A model generated the notes under the pieces. The model made no database searches. It saw only the letters and a list, made by a program, of their open reading frames with translations, and was not told the DNA's origin. This document shows positions 9,764 to 19,970 of a stretch of 64,000 bases of DNA, in pieces; position 1 is the stretch's first letter; each line of letters begins with the position of its first letter. Source of the DNA: an uncultured Veillonella sp. (GTDB taxonomy: Bacteria; Bacillota; Negativicutes; Veillonellales; Veillonellaceae); assembly GCA_900757715.1 (NCBI GenBank), contig CAAEOZ010000090.1:2740-66739 (forward strand). The letters are read 5' to 3'. A program made the position numbers and the translations under genes.

Positions 9764-10912
9764 ATGAACCAGTTTTTTCGGCGGGTCCTGAGTGGCCTTG
9801 CCTTACTAGTTGCTGTCGTTGGTACAACTGGATGCCAACATGAGAGTCAGGCAGAACAAGAAACGGTACGAACCGTATCGTACCGTGCCGTCATGGAGTC
9901 CAACAAACCCGTGTCTGAAAAGGTGGACACTTGGATTGCGGCCATGTCTCAAGAGGATAAGGTGGGGCAGCTGATGATGATCAGCCTTCATGGCAGTACG
10001 ATAGGACAATCCCAAAAGGATGTGATCCGAAAATACCGTGTCAGTGGCGTTATGCTAACGAATGAAAATCTTATTAATAAGAATCAAGTGAAAACTTTCA
10101 CCAGCGATATTATGCAAACGGCGATAACCTCTAGCATGGTGACACCCTATATCGGGGTACATCGTGATCGCATATTGCATGGGAATGAAAGTTTCTTGCG
10201 GTTGCCGAAGCCCAATCGGTGGGGGCAATTGCCTATGGATCGTATCATCAACTTGGCCACGCGATCTGCTATTGAAATGCGGGATATGGGTTTTAACCTA
10301 GTTATTGGGCCTAATGCTAATCTTGGTGTACCTAATATGTCCTATACATCCGATCCCACGTGGGCAGGCCATATAAACCTTGCCATGGTGGAGCGTTACC
10401 AAATTAATCATATGTGGTTTGCTTATAACTACTTTCCGGCGGTGACCTTAGGGGATGCATCCTTTGGATCTGCTAATGAGGCGAAAGCGTATCTCAGTAA
10501 TAATGATGTAGCCGTCTTTAAACGTCTCATTGCACAGACGACGGCGAATAGCTATATGCTCGTGATGAGCCATATTCAAATTCCCGCTATCGATAACGAG
10601 AATTTGGCGAGCTCCTCTAAGGCGATTATTGATGGTTGGCTTCGCAAGGAGCTTGGCTATAAAGGTATCGTTATGACAGACCGTATCGATGTGGGTGCGT
10701 TGCAATCCAATCAAAAGATAGGCGATTACGCTGTGGCCTCTATCTTGGCGGGCAGTGATCTTATTCTTGTTGATGCGGATACGATTCATATCGATGAAGT
10801 CCATCGTGCGCTGACTCAGGCGGTGGCGGATGGAACGATTACGACCGAGCGCCTCAACGAATCAGTTAAGCGCATTTTATTGATGAAAATGCAAACTCAA
10901 ATTGAACCATAA
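9764..10912 (+). CDS. glycoside hydrolase family 3 N-terminal domain lipoprotein (NagZ-like beta-hexosaminidase family)
   Basis: Lipobox VVGTTGCQ. KVGQLMMISLHGS and GIVMTDRIDVGAL (catalytic Asp region). Paralog of the disrupted gene at 47872. Confidence 0.75.
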   Translation: MNQFFRRVLSGLALLVAVVGTTGCQHESQAEQETVRTVSYRAVMESNKPVSEKVDTWIAAMSQEDKVGQLMMISLHGSTIGQSQKDVIRKYRVSGVMLTNENLINKNQVKTFTSDIMQTAITSSMVTPYIGVHRDRILHGNESFLRLPKPNRWGQLPMDRIINLATRSAIEMRDMGFNLVIGPNANLGVPNMSYTSDPTWAGHINLAMVERYQINHMWFAYNYFPAVTLGDASFGSANEAKAYLSNNDVAVFKRLIAQTTANSYMLVMSHIQIPAIDNENLASSSKAIIDGWLRKELGYKGIVMTDRIDVGALQSNQKIGDYAVASILAGSDLILVDADTIHIDEVHRALTQAVADGTITTERLNESVKRILLMKMQTQIEP

Positions 10913-11026
10913 AATATGTAGATATATCAGATTATGTAATCAGAAATTTACGAATTAGATATTTACTATTAAGAAGCTTAGTATAAGAACATTCAGTAAC
11001 AATTTAATATACTTTACATGCAAATG

Positions 11027-11063
11027 ACGTGCTATACCTTTTGGTAAGCACGTCATTTTTAAA
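11027..11063 (+). terminator. rho-independent terminator
   Basis: gacgtgcta taccttttggta agcacgtc attttt. Confidence 0.6.
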
Positions 11064-11325
11064 ATATATAGATTAAATATATGGCTTATCATATATAACT
11101 TATATAACTATGTCTTATATGATATGTTGATATCAAACGTATATGAGAATAAAGTAATCATAAGGCCTTTTATGATAGTAAGGCAATACGTATCACATGA
11201 AAGCTCTGATTTGATGGGTAAAAAAATTAACATAAAAAAAAGCTATGTTAATGATATGAAAAAAATTTTAATAATGATTTAAAATTATGATATAATAATT
11301 TTCGTAAATAGTTGGAGGTGAGTAT

Positions 11326-12390
11326 ATGAATTTTGTGGGACGTGCTGAGATTATAGAGAGTATCCAGTCCCGTATTGCATTGGGTCAAATGAGTTTATGT
11401 GTTGTATATGGTCCTCATCGCAGTGGTAAATCATATGTGGCTTCGCAGCTTGTACGCCGTCATAAGGCGGTATACTTGGCGGGGCGCATGGCCAATGAAT
11501 CAGTCCATGTGGCTGATATAAATAGAGCTCTTGAGGCACGTTTTGTTCCTGCTGATGCTCAAGACAAGTTTGAGCCTGTAGAGACCTTGCATGAGGCCTT
11601 TGTAAGACTTTTTGAAAGCAGTGTGAAAATACCTCAGACTGTGGTGATTGATGATTATCCATTCTTGGTGGAGGCTGTACCTCAGTTCCCAATTCACTTG
11701 CGTGATTTATTAGATACCTATAAAGATACGAGCCGATTAAACATCATTTTGATGGCTAATGGCATGGAACAGCTCGATGGCCGCATCATTGGCAATCGCA
11801 GCCTTATCGGACCTTTCGTGTCCGAATATCTCGAGGTGAAACCATTTTCCTTGGTTGATATGAAATCCTTGGGCCTTCACTATGCAAAGGATGATTTGCG
11901 CACCGTCTTTGCTGTAACAGGTGGTTTGCCTGCCTATGTACAATACTTTGATAATGGTGAAAGCATCGATACGAATATTATTAATTTGTTCTTCTCAGTA
12001 ACGGGAGCTCTCTTTGAAGAAACACAGTATATCTTGCATCGAGATATGAAAAATATAACCGGTGCCAATGCTATTTTAACGGGCCTTGCTAGCTTGGAAA
12101 GACCGTACTACGTGGAGCTTTTACAAGAAAGCCAAATTAAAAGTGGCACGTTCACATCTCGTTTGAACGATCTCATCTCTATGGGGCTCGTGGGCCGCAT
12201 TCAGGCAAGTAACCGTGGGAACGCGAAGTACGCGGATTACCATTTCACGAATAGTATGTTCCATTTCTGGTACCGCTATGTATATAAATACTGGGGCGAT
12301 ATCGTACGCGGTTATGGCGCTGATGTATATTATAATCATGTAAAACCGCAGCTAAAGGACTTTGTCCAAGCCGCGTGTATTGCGATGTAA
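11326..12390 (+). CDS. P-loop ATPase (archaeal-ATPase/DUF234-type ATP-binding protein)
   Basis: Walker A VYGPHRSGKSY and a Walker B-like VVIDDYPF. RBS ggaggtg. Confidence 0.7.
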   Translation: MNFVGRAEIIESIQSRIALGQMSLCVVYGPHRSGKSYVASQLVRRHKAVYLAGRMANESVHVADINRALEARFVPADAQDKFEPVETLHEAFVRLFESSVKIPQTVVIDDYPFLVEAVPQFPIHLRDLLDTYKDTSRLNIILMANGMEQLDGRIIGNRSLIGPFVSEYLEVKPFSLVDMKSLGLHYAKDDLRTVFAVTGGLPAYVQYFDNGESIDTNIINLFFSVTGALFEETQYILHRDMKNITGANAILTGLASLERPYYVELLQESQIKSGTFTSRLNDLISMGLVGRIQASNRGNAKYADYHFTNSMFHFWYRYVYKYWGDIVRGYGADVYYNHVKPQLKDFVQAACIAM

Positions 12391-12464
12391 TTAGACAATT
12401 TCAGATTGAATACTATTACTTAAAGATTGAATACTATTACCCAATGATAGTATATATTTCCTCT

Positions 12465-12505
12465 AAAAAATGACACCACATTGTGTATGTGGTGTCATTT
12501 TTAGT
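12465..12505 (+). terminator. rho-independent terminator
   Basis: aaaaatgacaccaca ttgtgtatg tggtgtcattttt. Confidence 0.7.
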
Positions 12506-12683
12506 AATAATATATTTTCAGCAATTACCCTTTGAATCTCATACTTATGTTGTACTTTGGATAGAAATTAAGGCTCAAGTATAACAGAATATAGGGAAAT
12601 TCCAAGGAATTGCCGATTTGTCAAAAAACTCTTTCCGCGGTATTGTGTACATAAGCGCTATGCCATGGCAGGAAAGGGGATTT

Positions 12684-13550
12684 ATGTTATATACAAACGA
12701 AGAACCTTTAGTACAAAAAACATGTATTAAAACTGCAAACTTACAACATGACAACTATCAGTCAAAAAAATTAGAAACACAGGCATTACCATCTCATTCT
12801 TTATTATCGAAAGCTGATGAGTCTAGCCGAAGTATTCCAGAGAAACTGAAATTACAGACCCTCGTCTGTGGTCATCAAGTCTTATCGTCCTTGTCGGACA
12901 AGAGTCTCGTGTCCATTTGTCAAAAGCCAAATATGAGGATTCAGACGGTAGGGTATCAACCGTGGTCCGTTGATGAGCTTCGTCATGATGCGGCACAAAT
13001 CGAGCTCTGTCGTAGGTATCGACCGCTCATCTTGCACTATACGAATCGTATGGGAAACCGTGAGTTCCGCGAGGACGTAGAAAGCTATCTATGGGCCATC
13101 CTCATAGAATCGATTTATAGCTTTGATTTGGACGGACCTGTACCGTTCCCAGGCTTTGTGAAAGCGGGCATCATGTACGGTTATATGCGGTACTGGAAGC
13201 GTGAGCGATTGCGTTATCGCCGTGAAATTCACATCCCAGATCGCACTACCGATGATGGAGAAGTCGCCTTTGGTATGGATATCTTCGCATCTGGCGAGAA
13301 TGTGGCGGATATGGTGATGAGTGCCGACGAAGAGCATAGGATACGAGCTCGTCTAGTGTGGGCTTTAGGCAGACTATCTCCTGATCAACGGGACCTACTG
13401 CGCCGTGTCTATGGTGAGTGTCAAAGCTTGGTATCGGTTAGTGAAGAACTGAACTGCAGCCGCCAAGCCATCCAACGGCGTCACGAACGAGCCATTCGAA
13501 AGCTGCGTAGATATTTGAGTACGGACTTTGAAGACTTGCGTGTACATTAG
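12684..13550 (+). CDS. sigma-70 family RNA polymerase sigma factor; start uncertain (ATG 12684, alternatives ATG 12660 or TTG 12618)
   Basis: The C-terminal region-4 HTH LSPDQRDLLRRVYGECQSLVSVSEELNCSRQAIQRRHERAIRKLRRYL; a region-2-like segment lies upstream. Confidence 0.65.
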   Translation: MLYTNEEPLVQKTCIKTANLQHDNYQSKKLETQALPSHSLLSKADESSRSIPEKLKLQTLVCGHQVLSSLSDKSLVSICQKPNMRIQTVGYQPWSVDELRHDAAQIELCRRYRPLILHYTNRMGNREFREDVESYLWAILIESIYSFDLDGPVPFPGFVKAGIMYGYMRYWKRERLRYRREIHIPDRTTDDGEVAFGMDIFASGENVADMVMSADEEHRIRARLVWALGRLSPDQRDLLRRVYGECQSLVSVSEELNCSRQAIQRRHERAIRKLRRYLSTDFEDLRVH

Positions 13551-13869
13551 TTATTATAATTTAATTTCTTATTTATATCCTATATATTGCATATTTCTTT
13601 TAATCTCGATTAACGAATATACATAAAATATGCAATTCTCAATTTAAATGAGAAAATAATGACACATCAAGGTATAGTTAACTTTTACAAGATCATAAAG
13701 TCTTTAATTATACGTAAATTTCTATAGTTTTGTATATATATTTACAAATTATACAGGCTGATATACAATTAAATCAGCAGCAGATTAAAGCATGCTAATC
13801 TGCTTTCACAGAACACGTGTTCATTGTATTGTTGAAAGGAATGTTCCTGATCAGATTGGAGAGGATTCC

Positions 13870-14478
13870 ATGGCAATAGATGATAAACTAACAGATTTGA
13901 TGGCCGCTCGGCTATCTAAGGGAGAAGATTTGGATTTGATCTACACGAATCCAAAGAATCACATTGTTTGTTTTATTCCTACCTATCAACCTAGTGGTGG
14001 GGACAGTACGAAGTGTTATTTTGTGGATGGACGCGAAGAAATGGTCCATTTGCCGATGCGAACGATTACTCGAGAGCTGGCGATGCAGGAAGGGCTGAGA
14101 CCCAATTACATCATGACCAGCGATGGTCGGCGCAGCAGCTATACTGCGCCTAAGACCTATGGTCCGCATCTAACCTTTGCGCATATTAAATGTCGCCGCT
14201 CTATCGGCAAGGACGTGGTGTACGGCCTCTTTAACGTGGCTATACCCTATGAATATATCGTTACCGAAGGTCCGGAACCGGATACGAGCTATATTCATGT
14301 GGCGGACTTTGCACCGATCTTGGTGTACCAATCCCCGCGTCATGTCAAACACAAACTGAATGAAGCAATGCTAGAACACTGCAACTACGTGCGAAAAATG
14401 CTAGCCCGCATCAAACTCAGCCAAAACCCTCAAGTCGTGGCCGAACTATTTATCGCCTGGAGAGACCTAACGAGATAA
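13870..14478 (+). CDS. hypothetical protein
   Basis: ORF with RBS ggagagg 6 nt upstream of ATG 13870. The ORF-track start at 13792 is less likely. Confidence 0.45.
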   Translation: MAIDDKLTDLMAARLSKGEDLDLIYTNPKNHIVCFIPTYQPSGGDSTKCYFVDGREEMVHLPMRTITRELAMQEGLRPNYIMTSDGRRSSYTAPKTYGPHLTFAHIKCRRSIGKDVVYGLFNVAIPYEYIVTEGPEPDTSYIHVADFAPILVYQSPRHVKHKLNEAMLEHCNYVRKMLARIKLSQNPQVVAELFIAWRDLTR

Positions 14479-14599
14479 TTCGTTGGATGGTGAAAGTAGA
14501 AGTAGGAGGGTGGAGAGAAATCTGGGAAAGGAGGATAGTCGTATAAGAAAAAGAAGAAACTGCGGGAGCAGTAAATATTAATATTAGATACTAAAATTA

Positions 14600-14630
14600 G
14601 AACCACCCCTGGTTAGGGGTGGTTTTTTTG
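14600..14630 (+). terminator. rho-independent terminator; left boundary of the AT-rich defence island
   Basis: aaccacccct ggtta ggggtggtt tttttg. Confidence 0.75.
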
Positions 14631-14863
14631 TATGTGTAAACAATGAAGAAATCTTCACATAATGCTTGAAATTACATGAGTAAAAAAATACGCGTCTTAT
14701 ATGATAATATATAAAGTAATATTTAGATTGCGCAAATTCATAAGCAATTATTCTGTTAAAATCAAATTTATTACATGAAAATAATGTGAATTTAATCATA
14801 AATTATGATAGAATGAGAGTAATTATAACCGGCATTATAAATTTCATATAAGGGGCATAAGGT

Positions 14864-16315
14864 ATGAATGTTCAAGTTGTTGAGCCTAGAGCAGATATTT
14901 TAGTTGAATCGACACGATCTATTGGATATACATTTGAATCTGCATTGGCAGATATTATTGATAACAGTATTGGTAATGGTGCTACGCATATAGATGTTAG
15001 ATTTTCTAGTATCATTCCTAGATATATAGCTATATTAGACGATGGTTGTGGCATGACACCAGATGAATTAATTATAGCTATGCGTTATGGTAGTAAAAAC
15101 GTGAATGACCAACGTGCTGACTCAGATTTGGGGCGATTTGGCTTAGGTTTAAAGACAGCCTCTTTATCACAATGTAGAAAGTTAACTGTTATTAGTAAGA
15201 AAAATAATGTTATATCCGCAGCATCATGGGATCTAGATTTTATAATTGAGCAACAAGGTTGGTCATTAAAGGTTTATGATTATGATGAAATGGTAAGTCA
15301 ATATAATAAAGCTATTCCTGGAATTTTAGATCAACTTAATGCTTATGAAACGGGCACTATTGTTATTTGGGAAGATTTTGATAAGATGCTTGAAGGTGCT
15401 AGTGAGCCGGATAATCTATTTGATGAAAAAATATCTATTGCTCGATCACACTTAGAACTTATTTATCATAATTTTTTAGATAAAACTAGTAAGAATCTTA
15501 TTGAATTAAGATTTAATTGGATTCCGTTGGTAGCTAAAGATCCATTCTTAACAAGACATCCAGGAACACAGCCTTTATCAGAAGAATGTATTGAGTTAGA
15601 AGGACATAATATTAGGGTAAAACCATATATTTTGCCTTATATAAATAAATTAAGTCCAGAAGATATTAATTTATTAGGCACACTTGATGATTTGCGTAAT
15701 AAACAAGGGATATATGTTTATCGAAATAATCGTTTAATCATTTGGGGAACTTGGTTTAGACTTGATACTAAAAATGAGTTGAATAAACTAGCTCGTATTA
15801 GAGTTGATATACCTAACTCATTAGACCATATTTGGGATATTGATATAAAAAAATCTACAGCAAGTTTACCTAATTCGATTAAACAAAACTTAAAGTATAT
15901 TGTAAAACGCGCTATAGGCTCTAGTGAACGTGTATATACTAATCAAGGCAATAAATTGATTAATGATGAGTATGATCATGTATGGGAATTGCGGAAAAGA
16001 AAGGAAGAGACTCTCTTTGAAATCAATAAGGAACTTTTTATTTACAAAGCTTTTTTACAATCTTTATCTATAGATCAAGCAAAACAATTTAAAGCACTTA
16101 TAAAGCTTATAGAAGCTACAGTTCCGTTTAAAGCTGCATATACTTTGTTAGCAAAAAATGAAGAAACATTTGATAAAGATTATTCAGATGAGGCTAAAAG
16201 TATAATTGCTAATTTATCAGGATTGCCTGGTATCGATTCTGAAAAACTATATGAAGAATTAAATAAAATAGACTTTTTTGCAAAATATTCTAAAGCACTT
16301 AATTTGGGGAGATAA
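14864..16315 (+). CDS. GHKL-superfamily ATPase (MutL/MORC-like, HATPase_c_3 type); first gene of the defence operon
   Basis: Bergerat-fold motifs: N-box ESALADIIDNSIGNGATHIDV, G1 LDDGCGMTPDEL and G2 GRFGLGLKTASLS. Confidence 0.85.
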   Translation: MNVQVVEPRADILVESTRSIGYTFESALADIIDNSIGNGATHIDVRFSSIIPRYIAILDDGCGMTPDELIIAMRYGSKNVNDQRADSDLGRFGLGLKTASLSQCRKLTVISKKNNVISAASWDLDFIIEQQGWSLKVYDYDEMVSQYNKAIPGILDQLNAYETGTIVIWEDFDKMLEGASEPDNLFDEKISIARSHLELIYHNFLDKTSKNLIELRFNWIPLVAKDPFLTRHPGTQPLSEECIELEGHNIRVKPYILPYINKLSPEDINLLGTLDDLRNKQGIYVYRNNRLIIWGTWFRLDTKNELNKLARIRVDIPNSLDHIWDIDIKKSTASLPNSIKQNLKYIVKRAIGSSERVYTNQGNKLINDEYDHVWELRKRKEETLFEINKELFIYKAFLQSLSIDQAKQFKALIKLIEATVPFKAAYTLLAKNEETFDKDYSDEAKSIIANLSGLPGIDSEKLYEELNKIDFFAKYSKALNLGR

Positions 16316-16318
16316 GCT

Positions 16319-19066
16319 ATGAATGAGATGTGTAAAGGTATAGTAGATCTTGTTATATCAGCAATTCGTGCAATGAGTAAAGCTGATGAGGCGGTAGATG
16401 AAAAACTTATTGATGGGCTCATTTATCGTATGAGCTCAGTCTTAGCATACGAATTGAATGAAGAAGAGTTTGAAGCCGTTAGAAAAGAGCTACATCATAG
16501 ACAAACTATAGTTATGGATCCAGGTATAGCTATTTCTAGTGATCCTAATTTTAAAAACTGGTATAATCCGATTGATATAGAGCCTAGAAACTCTTACTGG
16601 GAGAGATATAAAAAGTATTTATCTTCTGATTTATTAATTCCAGAAAAAGTTATTCAATCGATCGATATCTCTACAACCGATATCGTAAATTTATTAGGTG
16701 AGCCAGTTGAAAATGAAATTTTTGCAAGAAAAGGATTAGTAATTGGTGATGTTCAGTCAGGTAAGACTGCAAATTATATTTCTGTAATTAATAAAGCTGC
16801 TGATGCAGGATATAAAGTTATAGTTCTTTTGACTGGCACAATTGAAAAATTGAGACAGCAGACTCAAGCACGTATTGATGAAGGTTTTATTGGAATTGAT
16901 ACATCTGATTTAGAAAGAGAGCGGCGTAATAATCCAATAGGCGTAGGTCTTATTAATGGAGGGATATCAGTATCATCTTTCACTTCAATTATTAAGGATT
17001 TCAATAAATCAGTTTTAACTAATTCAAATGTTCCGTTAGACTCTTTATCTATTCCTTTGATTTTGGTTGTAAAGAAAAATAAGGCGGTTTTGGATAGTAT
17101 ATATAAACTATTTAATGGTGAAAAGAAAGACCAGACTTATAATAAAATAAATCAATCGCTTTTATTTATTGATGATGAGGCAGATAACGCTTCAATTAAT
17201 ACGAATAGTCAGGTTGATGATCCTACATCCATTAATAAAAGTATTAGACGTATTCTAGGCTTATTTATGAGATCTAGTTATGTAGGCTATACAGCAACTC
17301 CATATGCTAATGTGTTTATTGAACCTAATACAAAAGAAGATATGGAGAATGAAGACTTATTCCCTAAAGATTATATTTATGTGTTACAACCACCTAGTAA
17401 CTATATTGGCGCAAGAGAAATCTATTCTGAAGAGGGTCAATACAAGACCATGTATAGAGTGATTGATGACTTTGAAGAGTTTTTACCATTAAAGCATAAA
17501 AAAGATTATGAATTACCTTTAGATATACCATTATCTTTGAAGAAGGCAATTTTATCTTTCCTTATTGCTAATGCAATTAGAGATTTACGTGGTGATTTAA
17601 CAACACATAGATCAATGCTTATAAATGTAAGCCGATTTATTTGCATTCAGAATGATTTGAAAGATTTAGTTAATGATTATTTCTTGTTAGTAAGAGATAA
17701 GATTCAGCATTATTTACATAATCCAGATTATACTAAGTATTCATTACTAAATTTATTAGAGGATGTTTATAATGAAGAATTTAAAAATGTAGGTAGTTTT
17801 GAAGAGACAAAAGATATAAACTGGCAATCTATTAGAGCACAATTATTTAATTCTATTAAAAATATTAGAGTAGAATCTATTAATGGTGGTAATGCATCTA
17901 AGCTATTAGACTATAAGGGCTATGACAATGGTCTTAGATTAATTGCTATTGGTGGTTTAAGTCTCTCGCGTGGTTTGACTCTTGAAGGATTATGTATTAG
18001 TTATTTTTATCGCAACTCTGTTATGTATGATACATTAATGCAAATGGGGCGTTGGTTTGGTTATAGACGTAATTATGAAGATTTGTGCCAAGTTTGGATG
18101 TCCGAGGAGTCATATAGTTGGTACCAACATATTTCTGATGCAACTGATGAGCTTAGAGATGAAATTAATCGTATCTATTATAGTAATTTAACACCTTTAG
18201 ATGTAGGTATTAAGGTTCGTTCTAGCGAAGGGGCTTTAATTGTTACGGCAAAAAATAAAATGAGAAGTGCTGGTGACTATATAGCAGATTTATCTCTTAG
18301 TGGTGATTATATAGAGGCACCACATTTTTCTAAAAACTCTCAAACTATTAATAGTAATATAGAGGCCGTTAAAAATCTTATTAATGTATTACAAGTGAAT
18401 GGATATACAGTAGCTGATCCGAACGAATTATCCCTTGCATATAAAAGTGCTAAGCAGATACTTGATGTAAAAAAAGAAATTATAGTGGAGTTTTTAAAAC
18501 AAGTAGATACACATCATAGAAACACTAACTTTATTGCCCCTAAAGTTGCTGAATTGATAGAGTGTAGTAGTGAAGAACTTTTAGATACTTGGGATATTGC
18601 TTTTGCTCAAGGTAAGTCAAGAAATGAATTTAATATCTTGGGGAAAACAATTAATCGGGTTGAGCGTAGTATAGAAAATACAACTAGTAGTATAATTACC
18701 CTAAGAAAATATCGTATAGGTAGTTTGGGTATGGCTACATGCGGTCTTACAGAGGCTCAATGCACTCAAATTGAAGAATGGATTAAAGATAAAAATGAAA
18801 AGTATTCTGAAAAAAGAGCACCAGATAAAGAATATTTTAAAACAGACATTAAACGAAATCCTCTTTTAGTAATCTATTTAATTGATGTGAAATCTTCTGA
18901 AAATATTACTCATAACCAACCTCTAGTTGGTCTTGGAATCGGTATTCCAAATTTAAAAGAACCGAGAGAACTTAGCTATGCATATAAAGTTAACACAACT
19001 TGGTTAAAAGAAAACTATGATGAAGATGAGTTTGAAGCAGATGATATTGGAGAATATGATGACTAA
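16319..19066 (+). CDS. Z1-domain protein (SF2 helicase-like ATPase)
   Basis: 915 aa. Walker A LVIGDVQSGKTANY and Walker B/DEAD-like LLFIDDEADNAS. Size and motif spacing are typical of Z1 proteins found next to Dcm methylases. Starts 4 nt after the GHKL stop. Confidence 0.8.
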   Translation: MNEMCKGIVDLVISAIRAMSKADEAVDEKLIDGLIYRMSSVLAYELNEEEFEAVRKELHHRQTIVMDPGIAISSDPNFKNWYNPIDIEPRNSYWERYKKYLSSDLLIPEKVIQSIDISTTDIVNLLGEPVENEIFARKGLVIGDVQSGKTANYISVINKAADAGYKVIVLLTGTIEKLRQQTQARIDEGFIGIDTSDLERERRNNPIGVGLINGGISVSSFTSIIKDFNKSVLTNSNVPLDSLSIPLILVVKKNKAVLDSIYKLFNGEKKDQTYNKINQSLLFIDDEADNASINTNSQVDDPTSINKSIRRILGLFMRSSYVGYTATPYANVFIEPNTKEDMENEDLFPKDYIYVLQPPSNYIGAREIYSEEGQYKTMYRVIDDFEEFLPLKHKKDYELPLDIPLSLKKAILSFLIANAIRDLRGDLTTHRSMLINVSRFICIQNDLKDLVNDYFLLVRDKIQHYLHNPDYTKYSLLNLLEDVYNEEFKNVGSFEETKDINWQSIRAQLFNSIKNIRVESINGGNASKLLDYKGYDNGLRLIAIGGLSLSRGLTLEGLCISYFYRNSVMYDTLMQMGRWFGYRRNYEDLCQVWMSEESYSWYQHISDATDELRDEINRIYYSNLTPLDVGIKVRSSEGALIVTAKNKMRSAGDYIADLSLSGDYIEAPHFSKNSQTINSNIEAVKNLINVLQVNGYTVADPNELSLAYKSAKQILDVKKEIIVEFLKQVDTHHRNTNFIAPKVAELIECSSEELLDTWDIAFAQGKSRNEFNILGKTINRVERSIENTTSSIITLRKYRIGSLGMATCGLTEAQCTQIEEWIKDKNEKYSEKRAPDKEYFKTDIKRNPLLVIYLIDVKSSENITHNQPLVGLGIGIPNLKEPRELSYAYKVNTTWLKENYDEDEFEADDIGEYDD

Positions 19067-19958
19067 TTCAGTTAACGGGATACGTTTGATTAATCCTTCT
19101 TGGCCTTTAAGGGTTTATAAAGGGGATAATAGTGAAGGATATCGTACTTATGTTGTGGTAAGTAAATATGAGCCTTCTAATTTATTATCAACAAAATTAA
19201 TTGTTGTTAATAAAGTTTATGACCCAAGTCGGAGTGAGTGGCAACTTCAGTTTAATTTAACTTCTTCAAGTAATAGTAGTGAAGATATGTTTAAATATAT
19301 TTTCAAAGATATTTTTAACACTATTGATTTTAATGGTACTGAACAAAGTGCATTTAAGGCGTTGTGTCATAGGTATGAACATTGGCAACAATTATTATCT
19401 AGGCTACCGGATTCGTTTGGACGGTTAAAACAGCAAGGTCTTTTAGCTGAGTTATTAGTTTTAAAAGATAATCTAATTCCTAATTATGGTGTAGATAAGG
19501 CTTTAGAAATGTGGCAAGGCCCAAAGGGGGCAAAACAAGATTTTATTCTTCCTAAAAGTTGGATTGAGGTAAAGTCCACAAATTTTGGTAAACGTGAGAT
19601 TTATATATCATCATTAGAACAATTAGACGCTCCGATTAATGCGGGCGAATTGACTGTAATAACTTTACAAGAATCTAATGCTTATGATTCTTCTGCAATT
19701 TGTCTATCCACTGTAATTGACGAGATTGAATCTGAGATTAATGATGATTTGATTGCTATAGATTTCAAGGAGAAACTTTTACTCGTAGGTTACGGACAAA
19801 ATAAAGAAAATGAACTTTATTTTAGAGTTTGTGATATAGAGCGTTATAGTGTTAATGAAGAATTTCCAAAGATCAAACGGAATAACATATCTACTGCTAT
19901 TACAAAAGTTTCATATACTTTAAATTTAGAAGCCATTTCTAATTTTAAAATTAAATAG
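19056..19958 (+). CDS. PD-(D/E)XK-family putative nuclease (DUF4420-like)
   Basis: Candidate D...E-x-K motif in KQDFILPKSWIEVKSTNFGKRE. The ATG overlaps the Z1 stop (translational coupling). Confidence 0.65.
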   Translation: MMTNSVNGIRLINPSWPLRVYKGDNSEGYRTYVVVSKYEPSNLLSTKLIVVNKVYDPSRSEWQLQFNLTSSSNSSEDMFKYIFKDIFNTIDFNGTEQSAFKALCHRYEHWQQLLSRLPDSFGRLKQQGLLAELLVLKDNLIPNYGVDKALEMWQGPKGAKQDFILPKSWIEVKSTNFGKREIYISSLEQLDAPINAGELTVITLQESNAYDSSAICLSTVIDEIESEINDDLIAIDFKEKLLLVGYGQNKENELYFRVCDIERYSVNEEFPKIKRNNISTAITKVSYTLNLEAISNFKIK

Positions 19959-19970
19959 GGAGAAAATGGT

